From IMG/VR virus record IMGVR_UViG_3300009537_000007, positions 1 through 64,000 of that record: a DNA stretch of 64,000 bases. One strand, written 5' to 3'. Within the stretch, counting starts at the first letter, position 1, and every line of letters begins with the position of its first letter. Of this stretch, positions 1 to 8,738 are shown one piece after another. Source of the DNA: a virus. The notes beneath the pieces are model-generated. The model was not told where the DNA came from, did not search any database, and saw only the letters and a list, made by a program, of their open reading frames with translations. A program made the position numbers and the translations under genes.

Positions 1-62
1 TCGCATCATGTAATGGCGCGGGGCGGTCATGTGGCCGCCCCCACCATTCAGGAGGACTCAAC

Positions 63-344
63 ATGGGACTCATGGAAAAAATAGAAGAAATTGAATCCAC
101 GCTTATAGCGATTCAGTCCGACCTTAGCGACCTCCAATCGGAAGTCAACTCCATGGATTCGCGCATCGATGAAACGGAGGCGCTGGACCGCGACGGAGTG
201 AGGGAAATAATCTGTGATGAGGCAGTCATGCCAGAGGAAATGGAGGACCGGGTTAAAGACTGTATCGAAGATTGCGACTCGGTTAAGAGGGCCATTCGAG
301 AGGTCATAAAAGAATATTTTACTGAAACACTGGCGGCTGCCTAG
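63..344 (+). CDS. hypothetical acidic coiled-coil protein (93 aa)
   Basis: Intact ORF with AGGAGG 7 nt upstream of the ATG. E/D/I/L-rich heptad-like sequence. No family recognised. Confidence 0.6.
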   Translation: MGLMEKIEEIESTLIAIQSDLSDLQSEVNSMDSRIDETEALDRDGVREIICDEAVMPEEMEDRVKDCIEDCDSVKRAIREVIKEYFTETLAAA

Positions 345-385
345 CGCCACCAGCACCCCGCAACGCTCAACTGAAAGGAGGAAAA

Positions 386-460
386 TTGGAGAGAGCAATA
401 GCAATAATAGCTTTCGCCGTCTTTATCTGGTTTGCAATCTCACTATGGCGGAAAAGCTAG
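386..460 (+). CDS. possible 24-aa single-TM peptide (TTG start)
   Basis: AGGAGG then 4 nt then TTG. Encodes ERAIAIIAFAVFIWFAISLWRKS. Followed by a GC hairpin. Below the ORF-track size cutoff, so speculative. Confidence 0.25.
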   Translation: MERAIAIIAFAVFIWFAISLWRKS

Positions 461-503
461 GGGCGGGGCCGCCGTGCCCCTTCCCCCTCTCTCCAAAACC
501 ATC

Positions 504-920
504 ATGAAAGCCTACCTGATCGATCCGTTCAAACGAGAAATAACAGAAGTTGACCACGCCGGAGGCATCGACTCCATCTATAAACTGATAGAGGCCCGCA
601 TGTTCGACGCCGTGCGATTCAATGACGACGACTGCGTTTTCGTTGACGACGAAGGACTCTATGCCGAGCGCCGCGCCCTGTTCACCATCCACGGATATCC
701 ACAGCCACTAGTGAACAAGGGCCTTGTTTTAGGCACAGACAACCATGGCGAATCCATTTCGCCGTCCGTGTCGCTGGACTGGCTTAAGGCCAATGTGACT
801 TTTCTGGACTTTGCCCGCATCCCGGCGGGCGGGATCACAACATTCGATGAGAACGACACCCCGCACTTCGAGTCCTTCGGGGCCGACTTCGTAGTGAAGA
901 GTGAGCGCGATGCTGAATAG
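504..920 (+). CDS. DUF3846-like phage/plasmid protein
   Basis: Internal ATG of ORF 432..920. MKAYLIDPF..EVDHAGGIDSIYKLIEARMFDAV..VFVDDEGLY resembles DUF3846-type proteins (from memory, not searched). Confidence 0.55.
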   Translation: MKAYLIDPFKREITEVDHAGGIDSIYKLIEARMFDAVRFNDDDCVFVDDEGLYAERRALFTIHGYPQPLVNKGLVLGTDNHGESISPSVSLDWLKANVTFLDFARIPAGGITTFDENDTPHFESFGADFVVKSERDAE

Positions 921-1323
921 CGATCCGTTTTACATCCCGGCTTGGCTCGACGCCAACAACCCGGACAACGCCGCCCGAAGAAAGGCGGCCCGGGATCGCT
1001 GCGAGGACGACGAGCGCCGCGAGAAACGGGCGGCGGCGGCAAGACTAAAACGGACTCTAGACCGACGCGCCAAGGAGCGCGAAGGAAAAGCACGGTTAAA
1101 GGAAGAAAACCGCCGCACCCGTGAAGAGCGGGCCGCTCGCAAGAGAGCCAAGACCGAGGCTCGCGGCGCTGTGTTCGATGCGATTTCAACCGACTCTGAT
1201 ACTTTCGGAAAGATCAGGACCGCCACCGGCCTACCCGACAACCTGATTAAACTGGCTCTAAAACACCTTGTAAAAGACAACATGATTAAAAAAACCAGCA
1301 AAAGGAGATACGGCCGGGGATAA
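901..1323 (+). CDS. hypothetical R/K/E-rich protein (140 aa)
   Basis: ORF overlaps the upstream stop. Long charged helix (RRKAARDRCEDDERREKRAAAARLKR...) and a small C-terminal globular part. Start could be the ATG at 910. Confidence 0.55.
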   Translation: MSAMLNSDPFYIPAWLDANNPDNAARRKAARDRCEDDERREKRAAAARLKRTLDRRAKEREGKARLKEENRRTREERAARKRAKTEARGAVFDAISTDSDTFGKIRTATGLPDNLIKLALKHLVKDNMIKKTSKRRYGRG

Positions 1324-1344
1324 GGGGTAGGAATAGGAGATTGA

Positions 1345-1539
1345 ATGATGGAATATCAAGCTGATAAAGAATTTGACGCATACCGTGATGCTAAAAAGCT
1401 GGCCCAGGCACGGGGTTATGCTTATGCGGTTTTCTCACCCTTCACGGGATGGGCCGCACAGGCCGATAAGCCAATGACGCGATGTGACGGTATGCGTGTC
1501 ATAGAAGTCACCGATGCCGGTGAACATTATCCCGCCTAA
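1345..1539 (+). CDS. hypothetical protein (64 aa)
   Basis: AGGAG 5 nt upstream of the ATG; compact ORF in an operon context. Confidence 0.55.
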   Translation: MMEYQADKEFDAYRDAKKLAQARGYAYAVFSPFTGWAAQADKPMTRCDGMRVIEVTDAGEHYPA

Positions 1540-1563
1540 CCACTAGCTAAGGGAGTATGAAAA

Positions 1564-1788
1564 ATGACCGACAACCCAAATTGTTGCGGATCGGGCCCGC
1601 ACCGGGCCGGAACCGTTAAACTCTATCCTCTTGGCTATGGGCCCCTACACGGTAACTTGATTTTATGTCATGCCTGTTGGGCCAGGGAAAACCAATACCG
1701 CCATAATATGGGCCTAGAATACAAGCGGCCCGATGATTGGCCCCAACACGCCTGGAATGATGCCGAGGTTTATGGGACCTCCGCATGA
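1564..1788 (+). CDS. hypothetical Cys/His-containing protein (74 aa)
   Basis: AAGGGAG upstream; CCGSGPH...CHACW motif; ATGA overlap with the next ORF. Confidence 0.55.
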   Translation: MTDNPNCCGSGPHRAGTVKLYPLGYGPLHGNLILCHACWARENQYRHNMGLEYKRPDDWPQHAWNDAEVYGTSA

Positions 1789-1952
1789 CCCCCCAACCTA
1801 AACCCCAATTTTATGAATGCGGAATCTGCGGGGCCATTCATTCAGTGGAATGGCGTGGCGATTGCCGAGAAGATGCCGCGAGGCTAAACGTAGATCAATT
1901 AAACGAGACTTACGGCCCGGACGGATGGGAAGAAGTATCGATGCCTCAATAA
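1785..1952 (+). CDS. hypothetical CxxC small protein (55 aa)
   Basis: ATGA start/stop overlap with the upstream ORF. Encodes MTPQPKPQFYECGICGAIHSVEWRGDCRED.... Below the ORF-track cutoff. Confidence 0.45.
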   Translation: MTPQPKPQFYECGICGAIHSVEWRGDCREDAARLNVDQLNETYGPDGWEEVSMPQ

Positions 1953-1988
1953 AAAACCAGCAACAGCAAGGCCGCCAGCAAGATGAGG

Positions 1989-2684
1989 CTAATTCTTTTC
2001 ATGTTCGTCCCGGTAACTCAGCCAACGAACCCCATACAACTCCAGCCCACTCTTGAGGCGGGTTATCGCTTTTTCCCGTCCCATCCGGTGCCTGAGCCGC
2101 GCCGCCTTCACCGAAGCCCCGTCGATACAGATATCGATCACCAGGGGCAAATGCTGGTCCTGGGACCGGTGCATCTCATCCGCCCACGGTTTGTAGATAT
2201 GGTGATATCGATCTAAAACGGACTCTGACACCCGCAGACCATCAAAATGGCCGCTACCGCCGAGCCGGTCTGGATTCAAATTGCTACAACGAGCAGCCAC
2301 CGCCGATGTAACGGCCTCGAACAACCGCGCCAAAGACCTCGCTGATCTCTTGTGGTCCTCAGCCAAAACACCATTCTCGACCAACTTCTCAACCGGATCG
2401 TAACGTCCGGGCCTTACAACCATCTCTGCGGTCGGCCCGAAGAACTGCTGCCGGTGCGGATTTTCCTTGTCGGCATACTGGTTGATAAGATCGTTTAACT
2501 TCGTCGCTCTCTGTGATGCCCTTTCGGCCTCAGGACCGCCGGACCTCACCGCCCTCAGATAGTTATCCCTCAGATGCGCCGCATCATTCAACGCGCCGTG
2601 GAGCCGCATATCCAGCGCGGCCTTACGAGTCCTGTAAACCAGATCGAAAAACACATCCTCAACCGCTACCGCTGTGCCCCGCAT
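1989..2684 (-). CDS. hypothetical protein with C-terminal HTH-like segment
   Basis: 231-aa ORF downstream of the primase-helicase. C-terminal GASVKAARLRHRMGREKAITRLKSGLELY looks like a sigma region 4 / HTH helix pair. Start uncertain (alternative ATG at 2609). Confidence 0.55.
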   Translation of the reverse strand: MRGTAVAVEDVFFDLVYRTRKAALDMRLHGALNDAAHLRDNYLRAVRSGGPEAERASQRATKLNDLINQYADKENPHRQQFFGPTAEMVVRPGRYDPVEKLVENGVLAEDHKRSARSLARLFEAVTSAVAARCSNLNPDRLGGSGHFDGLRVSESVLDRYHHIYKPWADEMHRSQDQHLPLVIDICIDGASVKAARLRHRMGREKAITRLKSGLELYGVRWLSYRDEHEKN

Positions 2685-4497
2685 TTTTTTGCTCCAAATC
2701 CACGTAATGGTAATGCCCCTGCGGGCATTGGTTGCTTCGATACTGATAATTCTCGATGTTAAAGTGAAGCCTCACCCGCCCCGTCCAGTCGCCGTTGCGC
2801 TGCTTACTGACGTTCACCACGACACCCCCGGCATCCAAATACCGCTGCTCGTCTTCGGACAAGTCTTCATCGCTCTCTGCCCGCTCCCTCAGATTCTCCC
2901 AGTTTTTGTCACGCCATATCGATATAACATTAAACGCATTCGCCCCAATCTCCATAGCTCCCTTAACGTCTTCGATCTCCTGCGGGCCCGCACCGCGATC
3001 CCCCTTGCGGGCATGAGCGACGAAATGAACATGAACCACCCTATCGATAGCCCAGTCAACGACACGATACATCACCTGTTCCTGACCATTGTAATCATCG
3101 GACTCTATGCCGAGTCGCATCAGGGAATCGATCACAAACTGGTCACAGCCATACTTGGCGGCGGCATACTCGAAGGCCTCCAGCATCTCCTCAATCGAGG
3201 CCTTGCCCACCCGGTTGTAAACGACCAGACCGGGGTCCAGCCAAGCCAGGCATTGGTGGATATACTCCTCGGTGGGCCTGTCGGTGCCGGAAGTCTGCTT
3301 AACCATGCGCTTCAAGGTCTGCGGGGGGGCCATTTCCAAACTGGCCAGGCACACCCTGGAACCCTCCTTGATCCAGTAAACGATACAATCCGAAAGGATT
3401 TGTGACTTGCCGTGGCCAGAGGCCCCCGTCCAGATCGTAACCTCCCCCGGTCGGAAGATCACCTTATCGGTCAAGCTCCTGTATCTGAAGGAATATCCTA
3501 AATGCCGCCCCTCTTCCGGCCACAACAACCCCACAACGCTGGGCCCATAGTCTATTACCCGGGTCAGCGTTTCAGGGTCCAGCGTTACAGCCGCCGCAAT
3601 GGCTTCATCAATCTCTGCCTTCCGAACACCGCGCTGCAAACACTCGTTGGCATCTTTGTATGGAAGGGTTACAACCCGGCAACGGTGCCGCCCGAGCCTG
3701 CGACTGATCTCCTCCACCGCCGCCTTGCCCTCGGGATCGTTATCCAGGCACAGATAAATGGTTTCAAAACGGTCTAGATGCTCGTATTCGCTTTCAATCC
3801 AGTCCTGCTTACCGCCACCACCGCCGCCGAAAGGCACGGATACTGCGGGATACGAGTATGCCGCCATACTCATGGCGTCAATCTCGCCCTCGGTTATGTA
3901 GATTTCCCGGGTGTTGTCATCGACCGCCTGCCAGCCGAACAGTATTTTTTCGCAGCCCGGAGCCGTGGGGACCGGCTTCGCCCCGTCTTCCGCCAACCTG
4001 GTTTTAACCATAATCAACTCGCCCCCCCGGAGAAACGGGAAGACGATGTAATTCATCTGCTCACCAATCTTGTAAGCGCCCAAAACCTCTCCCGGGATAT
4101 TTCGATCTTCGACCAGATAATCCCTGACCCGGTTCCTGGGGGCCGAACATACCGGTTTAGGCGGCCTGACAAGCGGCCTTTCAGAAACGGGCCTGGTGTA
4201 AAACGGGGTTTCCACACCAAGCCACCCGCGAATGTCCTGAAGAGCCTCTACGACCGTTTTTTTCTGGACCTCTTTCCACAGGTCGATCAGATCGCCGCTA
4301 TCTCCGGTGGCAAAATCAGACCAGACCCCGGCTTTATTGCCCCTCAGACAAACCTTGAGGCTTTTTCCGGGCTCACCGCCGAGAGAGCCGACGCACCATT
4401 CCCCGCTTGCCGTCCTGCCGTTGGGTAACAGGTATTCACAGACCGACTGGGCCCGATCCGCCAACATGCGCTTGATTTCGTTGATGTTGGTCCTCAT
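2659..4497 (-). CDS. bifunctional DNA primase-helicase (TOPRIM + DnaB/T7 gp4-like)
   Basis: TOPRIM Glu (YITEGEIDAMS) and DxD (LDNDPEG). Helicase Walker A GASGHGKSQ, Walker B FVIDSL, and SKQRNGDWTG motif. Confidence 0.85.
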   Translation of the reverse strand: MRTNINEIKRMLADRAQSVCEYLLPNGRTASGEWCVGSLGGEPGKSLKVCLRGNKAGVWSDFATGDSGDLIDLWKEVQKKTVVEALQDIRGWLGVETPFYTRPVSERPLVRPPKPVCSAPRNRVRDYLVEDRNIPGEVLGAYKIGEQMNYIVFPFLRGGELIMVKTRLAEDGAKPVPTAPGCEKILFGWQAVDDNTREIYITEGEIDAMSMAAYSYPAVSVPFGGGGGGKQDWIESEYEHLDRFETIYLCLDNDPEGKAAVEEISRRLGRHRCRVVTLPYKDANECLQRGVRKAEIDEAIAAAVTLDPETLTRVIDYGPSVVGLLWPEEGRHLGYSFRYRSLTDKVIFRPGEVTIWTGASGHGKSQILSDCIVYWIKEGSRVCLASLEMAPPQTLKRMVKQTSGTDRPTEEYIHQCLAWLDPGLVVYNRVGKASIEEMLEAFEYAAAKYGCDQFVIDSLMRLGIESDDYNGQEQVMYRVVDWAIDRVVHVHFVAHARKGDRGAGPQEIEDVKGAMEIGANAFNVISIWRDKNWENLRERAESDEDLSEDEQRYLDAGGVVVNVSKQRNGDWTGRVRLHFNIENYQYRSNQCPQGHYHYVDLEQKNAGHSGSG

Positions 4498-4787
4498 GCA
4501 GCCGCCTCATGCTGGGCCTTCCATTTCTGAAACGTATCCGGGAACCCAGCCAGGGCCGCCACGGCGCTATCATCCAGCGTCAAAACACACCCTTCGAGTT
4601 CCTCAATACTCCGCATTTTTTCTTCAATAACGCGCAGCAATATCCGCTTTTCCGTAGCCACAAACGCCTTCGACGCCCATGGACCAAACTTACCGCCCTT
4701 CTTGCCACGGCCAAAAACAATCCATTGTAAATTATTGTAACCAATAGCAAATCTATCGTTTAACTGTAAAAAAACTCTCTCTCGCAT
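4494..4787 (-). CDS. hypothetical protein (97 aa)
   Basis: ATGA-coupled to the primase-helicase start; no family recognised. Confidence 0.6.
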   Translation of the reverse strand: MRERVFLQLNDRFAIGYNNLQWIVFGRGKKGGKFGPWASKAFVATEKRILLRVIEEKMRSIEELEGCVLTLDDSAVAALAGFPDTFQKWKAQHEAAA

Positions 4788-4937
4788 TTTTTTCTCCTAT
4801 CACCGAGCCATTTAAACGTGGCCACAGCGTCATTAGGGTGGGGGGGGGCTAGTAGGGGACCCTTTACCCTCTAACACGCACCAGCGCGAGGCTGAGGGGC
4901 TCTCAGACGATTCTACGGGCACCCCATACCCCCCATT

Positions 4938-5642
4938 TCACACCTGCGCCTCCCGAATCGCGTCTTTCATCAATTGTTGCTGATCGCTGTATTCACGATC
5001 TCCGGCTTTTAGAACGCCGACAATCCATTCGGTCGGGTTTGATTTACCGGCGGCTTCCTGAATGACCCTGAACGCATCATCCGTTCCCTTCAACTTCCGA
5101 AGCTTCGTGATTAATCCACCGGACCCCCTTCCAAGAACCTTCCTGCCCGCATCGAATAAAATTTTCTCAGGCGACGAGTCGCCCTTTACGTTAGTAAAGG
5201 TAGAGTCTAGTTCTGGTTCTGGTTCTGCGTCGGGACTCCCGCTCTTTTTCTCGGGAGTCCTGTCAACACTCCCGTCAGCACTCTCGACACCACTCCTGTC
5301 GGGACTGTTGGTTTTCGCCGCTCCCTTACGTCCACCACTGGATTTCTTTTTCCATAAATCGAAGGCTTTTTCCGCTTCACTCATGGCGCGACTGTTGGCG
5401 AGACTCCCGTCGGGACTCCTGTCGAGTTTCCCGGCGACCACCAAATCATCTACATATTGCTGCCAGTCGTCCAGATCACCCAACATGAGAGGTAATTCAG
5501 TCGCCGGACACGGTTTTGCGAAATCCCATACATAGGCGCAAATGTCAAAGTAAACCGACTTGTGAATCCTGGTCATTCGTGATGTCCCGGCGAGCCAATC
5601 CGATGTGTAAAATGCTACATAACTGTGTCGTTTGTGGCCCAT
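4938..5642 (-). CDS. DUF1376 (YdaU-like) replication-associated phage protein
   Basis: N-terminus YVAFYTSDWLAGTSRMTRIHKSVYFDICAYVW matches my recollection of the DUF1376 pattern. Sits in the replication module. Confidence 0.55.
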   Translation of the reverse strand: MGHKRHSYVAFYTSDWLAGTSRMTRIHKSVYFDICAYVWDFAKPCPATELPLMLGDLDDWQQYVDDLVVAGKLDRSPDGSLANSRAMSEAEKAFDLWKKKSSGGRKGAAKTNSPDRSGVESADGSVDRTPEKKSGSPDAEPEPELDSTFTNVKGDSSPEKILFDAGRKVLGRGSGGLITKLRKLKGTDDAFRVIQEAAGKSNPTEWIVGVLKAGDREYSDQQQLMKDAIREAQV

Positions 5643-6175
5643 TAAACTGCGACTCCGTTAATGGTTGTGTGGTCGCCGTGTCGGCAAGCGACACACATCC
5701 GGTTATGATTCCCTTCGGAAATGAAATTCTTGCCGCAGGTCATACAAGGACGGAGCTTCCGAAACTTGGTCCTTGGCCTGCCAGGGGGGCTGTGTCTTAT
5801 CCTTTTGATTTTAACCGGTTTCACGGTAACGTCGAAAGGAGCCGCAATACTCCCGATTGGGTGTGGTTGAGCCTTGGGGCCGCCAAGAATTTCCTCCCTG
5901 ATATCCTTGACGGCTTTCATGATGGCGGGATATTTGGCCCACTTTAGTCGGAATTGCTCGACGGCATAAATGACGGAACTATGATTTCGTCCCATGGCCG
6001 CCCCGATTCCGGGGTAACTATTATCAGTTAATTCCCGCGCCAGCCAAGCAGCGGCATGACGGGCAATCACATAATTCCTAACCCGGCAATCATCGTGTAG
6101 GCCTTCAACCGGCACGCCGAAAACCCGGCCCACGACTTCGATGATGTTTTCTACTGTCGTGCGTTTTTTTATCAA
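5642..6175 (-). CDS. DnaA domain IV-like DNA-binding protein with C-terminal CxxC..CxxC ribbon
   Basis: RNYVIARHAAAWLARELTDNSYPGIGAAMGRNHSSVIYAV matches the DnaA C-terminal HTH signature. The tail is RPCMTCGKNFISEGNHNRMCVACR. Confidence 0.65.
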   Translation of the reverse strand: MIKKRTTVENIIEVVGRVFGVPVEGLHDDCRVRNYVIARHAAAWLARELTDNSYPGIGAAMGRNHSSVIYAVEQFRLKWAKYPAIMKAVKDIREEILGGPKAQPHPIGSIAAPFDVTVKPVKIKRIRHSPPGRPRTKFRKLRPCMTCGKNFISEGNHNRMCVACRHGDHTTINGVAV

Positions 6176-6184
6176 CGCATCCTC

Positions 6185-6514
6185 TTATCGAACACGGTGG
6201 ACGGGAACGCCCGCCGCCTCCGCTTGTGAAATCATGTTTTCCGTCCCCCGCCCTCCGGGGAAGGCAATCACAAGATCGGGGCTGTAATCATCCAACATTC
6301 GTTTGTTGCGTATTGGGCCAGCCGCCCGTCCGTGTCGCTTCCAATCCGCCCTTACAGTTGTTCCTTCGCACCGGCATTTACGCCACTCTCTAGCTAGGGC
6401 GTCGGCCCCTGTCGCGCCGCCTTCAATTAACTCTGTGATGTGGTGGCGGCCCAAGACATTAAACACACGGTCTTTATCTGCGTAATTTCTCCCGCCGCAC
6501 ACAATAACCCTCAA
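6185..6514 (-). CDS. SLOG-fold protein (DUF2493/YspA-like)
   Basis: AGGAGG then 5 nt then TTG start. VIVCGGRNYADKDRV...IEGGATGADALA...AFPGGRGTEN is the SLOG/DprA-LOG-like Rossmann pattern. The longer ORF-track N-terminus is G/R-rich read-through. Confidence 0.6.
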   Translation of the reverse strand: MRVIVCGGRNYADKDRVFNVLGRHHITELIEGGATGADALAREWRKCRCEGTTVRADWKRHGRAAGPIRNKRMLDDYSPDLVIAFPGGRGTENMISQAEAAGVPVHRVR

Positions 6515-6864
6515 CGCACCCTCCTGTGTAAGTTCATGGCTACCAGCGCACCAGCCGCGCCGCCGAGGCCAAGGGCTGCCCCAAGGAAAAACAGCGGCCA
6601 GAAACCGTCGCCCTGCACCGCCGAAACGCTGACCGTCCCGATAATGAAAACCTCCGCCAAGCCCATTCCGAGACTGATCGGGGTTATCCACCAGACTTTG
6701 TGATGGACTACGTTAAGCTGTTGAATCGCCTTCAAAAAAACGTAAATGAGCGACGCCCCGGCGGCGGATAGGTAGATCACCGCCACCCCTCCGGTATTTT
6801 CAAACAGCGGAATTGACCCTTCATCAGAATCGGAACCGGGTTGTCCTTGATGTATTTCGTGCAT
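6511..6864 (-). CDS. small integral membrane protein (about 3 TM)
   Basis: Hydrophobic segments VAVIYLSAAGASLIYVF, ITPISLGMGLAEVFIIGTVSV and FWPLFFLGAALGLGGAAGALVAM. Its stop overlaps the SLOG gene start. Start chosen at the first ATG after the upstream gene end. Confidence 0.45.
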   Translation of the reverse strand: MHEIHQGQPGSDSDEGSIPLFENTGGVAVIYLSAAGASLIYVFLKAIQQLNVVHHKVWWITPISLGMGLAEVFIIGTVSVSAVQGDGFWPLFFLGAALGLGGAAGALVAMNLHRRVR

Positions 6865-6946
6865 TCCCCGGGGGCCGTGAAAGACTTGATGCTTATCATG
6901 TGAAGATCGGGTTCCGTGCCGAAGATGAAAACGAGGAGGACAAGGG

Positions 6947-7495
6947 TCATTCACCCCTCCCGTAAAATACCGTGCCGTCAAGCCATTGGTGGTGGGGCCT
7001 TGGTGAATTATCAAATAAATACCAAGCGCAGTTCTCGAATCCCTTTTTGCCGTTCTGCATCCAGGACACCCGGCCAACGGAAACGACCTTTCGGCAATAC
7101 TTCATGAACGGCCCCATGCGCTTGTTGTGCATCAGGTCAGCGTTTAGCAAAAGCCAGGTGGGCGCGAGGTTTGCTAGGTGGGGGATGAGTTTTGATAGAG
7201 TCGGCCAAGACCACGGCGGGTTCGTGATGAACATATCACCGTCACAGCGCGGAATATTTAAGGCATCAACTGATGGCCAGCCATCAATTATGGGCGCAAC
7301 ATCTGAACACTCTATACAGTGGTGCCCGTGGCTCTCAAGCCAAGTGATTAACTCCCCGCCGCCCATGCAGGGTTCATCAAACCGTGTTCCTTCTTTTAGG
7401 TGCGGCAATAGCGGCACAACCCCCTCATAGGGGGTCGGGTAGAAGTCTCGCGGCTTTCGCTCAAAGTTTGACCGCTTACCCATCATGCGCCTCAT
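6947..7495 (-). CDS. DNA N6-adenine methyltransferase (DFYPTP...NPPW type)
   Basis: DFYPTP, EPCMGGGEL (SAM motif I) and FITNPPW (motif IV). Confidence 0.7.
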   Translation of the reverse strand: MRRMMGKRSNFERKPRDFYPTPYEGVVPLLPHLKEGTRFDEPCMGGGELITWLESHGHHCIECSDVAPIIDGWPSVDALNIPRCDGDMFITNPPWSWPTLSKLIPHLANLAPTWLLLNADLMHNKRMGPFMKYCRKVVSVGRVSWMQNGKKGFENCAWYLFDNSPRPHHQWLDGTVFYGRGE

Positions 7496-7638
7496 TTGTT
7501 CTCACCGAATACAGTATCGTGTTCTGCCCATTTCTGACAACAGGCACAGTCGGGCTCAAAATCTGGGCATCGCGACCCCCAAAGGCGATGAATATACAGC
7601 CACGAAATGAAGCGGTCTAAAAAACCAAAAAGGTTCAT
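7492..7638 (-). CDS. hypothetical Cys-rich small protein (48 aa)
   Basis: ATGA overlaps at both ends (resolvase stop and methyltransferase start). Encodes MNLFGFLDRFISWLYIHRLWGSRCPDFEPDCACCQKWAEHD.... Below the ORF-track cutoff. Confidence 0.5.
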   Translation of the reverse strand: MNLFGFLDRFISWLYIHRLWGSRCPDFEPDCACCQKWAEHDTVFGENK

Positions 7639-7949
7639 TTTACCCCCAATAATTCAAACCAAATCCTTTCGGGCACAACGTAAAGCGGCTTTCCGCGATC
7701 CGCCCGGACCACGAGAAAGTCATTGTCTGCAAGGGCTTGGAATAGCGCGGGGAGTTTCGCCCGCCGCTTAGCCTCCCCGATAAGGGGCGCGTCCCGTCCG
7801 GGAATATACACATCTATGTCGTGGGATTTGTCGGCTCCGAACTGGCCTAGGCGGGCGTCTATCCGCATGGCGGTTATGCCGCGTTCCTTGTGGGCATTAA
7901 CGGTGGCCCTTTCAAACGCGCTTCCCTTGTTCTTTGATGCGTTGGGCAT
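7635..7949 (-). CDS. Holliday-junction resolvase-like PD-(D/E)XK nuclease (Hjc-type)
   Basis: KGSAFERATVNAHKERG ... DIDVY ... IGEAKRR fits the Hjc-type KG-x-ER / D / E-x-K arrangement. Confidence 0.6.
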   Translation of the reverse strand: MPNASKNKGSAFERATVNAHKERGITAMRIDARLGQFGADKSHDIDVYIPGRDAPLIGEAKRRAKLPALFQALADNDFLVVRADRGKPLYVVPERIWFELLGVK

Positions 7950-7957
7950 CTAACCCC

Positions 7958-8134
7958 CTAGTTTTTAGCGGTTCCTGGGGTGAATTCTGACCACCCAATC
8001 TCCGGTAGCCAAACCCTGTCGCCAGCCCGTAGATCAAGTCCACTTGCCCATTCTAGTGCCACTTTTCGGCCTTGGGGGGCGGTTGTTTCCACATCGAACA
8101 GCGCCTCTATTTCCTTCGGGCAAACATGGTCCAT
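7958..8134 (-). CDS. hypothetical protein (58 aa)
   Basis: AAGGGGG 7 nt upstream of the ATG, immediately after structured element X1. Below the ORF-track cutoff. Confidence 0.45.
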   Translation of the reverse strand: MDHVCPKEIEALFDVETTAPQGRKVALEWASGLDLRAGDRVWLPEIGWSEFTPGTAKN

Positions 8135-8154
8135 TATCTAACCCCCTTAAATTA

Positions 8155-8260
8155 GGTGGAGCGCGGCACGGCGTCTGACTAAACCGCCGTGCTTGTTTCC
8201 TTGGTTGGCCGTTACCGGGAACCACCCGGCCCAAGGGAATAGAGGCTTCCTCCGCGCTCC
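8155..8260 (-). ncRNA. structured leader element X1 (about 106 nt, closed by GGAGCGCGG/CCGCGCUCC)
   Basis: 9-bp closing stem. Internal hairpins CCUUGG...CCAAGG, CCGGG-UGGUU-CCCGG and CACGGCG-(11 nt)-CGCCGUG. The 3' end is CGCUCCACCUAAUU followed by SD and ATG. Only noise-like ORFs across it. Confidence 0.45.
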
Positions 8261-8300
8261 GAGGCGGGAATTGAGGCGGCTACCTCGCTTCCCGCATGAA

Positions 8301-8618
8301 TTATTCCAATCCCTCACCTTCGGTGTATGTGATCGTGACGGGAACACAGGCTATTCTGTCTTTACAAGAAGATATGGTTGCCTCGCGCTTGTTGAGATAT
8401 AGTGCCATTGCGCGGGTTGGAGATGGATACACATTCGTCCACCGTGTTATGGTCTTGGGAGTGGGTTTGATACGGTATTCTAAATAAGAATGCCACAGCG
8501 GCTCACCAACCACAGACCTCCACTTATCCGTACCCGGCGCAAACGAATATTCAACCTCCGCGCCATCCAGCCACGCATCGAATACTACTTTGTGCTTCTT
8601 GATTCCCTCGCGGTTCAT
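8301..8618 (-). CDS. hypothetical protein (105 aa)
   Basis: GGAGG 6 nt upstream of the ATG at 8618, directly after element X2. Confidence 0.6.
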   Translation of the reverse strand: MNREGIKKHKVVFDAWLDGAEVEYSFAPGTDKWRSVVGEPLWHSYLEYRIKPTPKTITRWTNVYPSPTRAMALYLNKREATISSCKDRIACVPVTITYTEGEGLE

Positions 8619-8633
8619 TTCAACCTCCAATTA

Positions 8634-8738
8634 GGTGGAGCGGGCCGGACGCTACCCGGCTTATCGCCTACACGACTATCGGGGTGGACAATAACCAATA
8701 GCGAATTGGCACCTTCTGTTCCACACCACCGCCGCTCC
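8634..8738 (-). ncRNA. structured leader element X2 (about 105 nt, paralogue of X1)
   Basis: Closing stem GGAGCGG/CCGCUCC. An adjacent 5-bp/7-nt-loop hairpin GCCGG-GUAGCGU-CCGGC abuts the 3' strand, giving tRNA-like acceptor/T geometry. Same 3' tail CGCUCCACCUAAUU then SD and ATG. Confidence 0.45.

Noticed and set aside
4840-4848. G9 homopolymer in the 150-bp gap between 4787 and 4938 as a phase-variation tract
   Set aside because: It is intergenic with no frame to shift. A single tract without population data cannot support slippage-based regulation.
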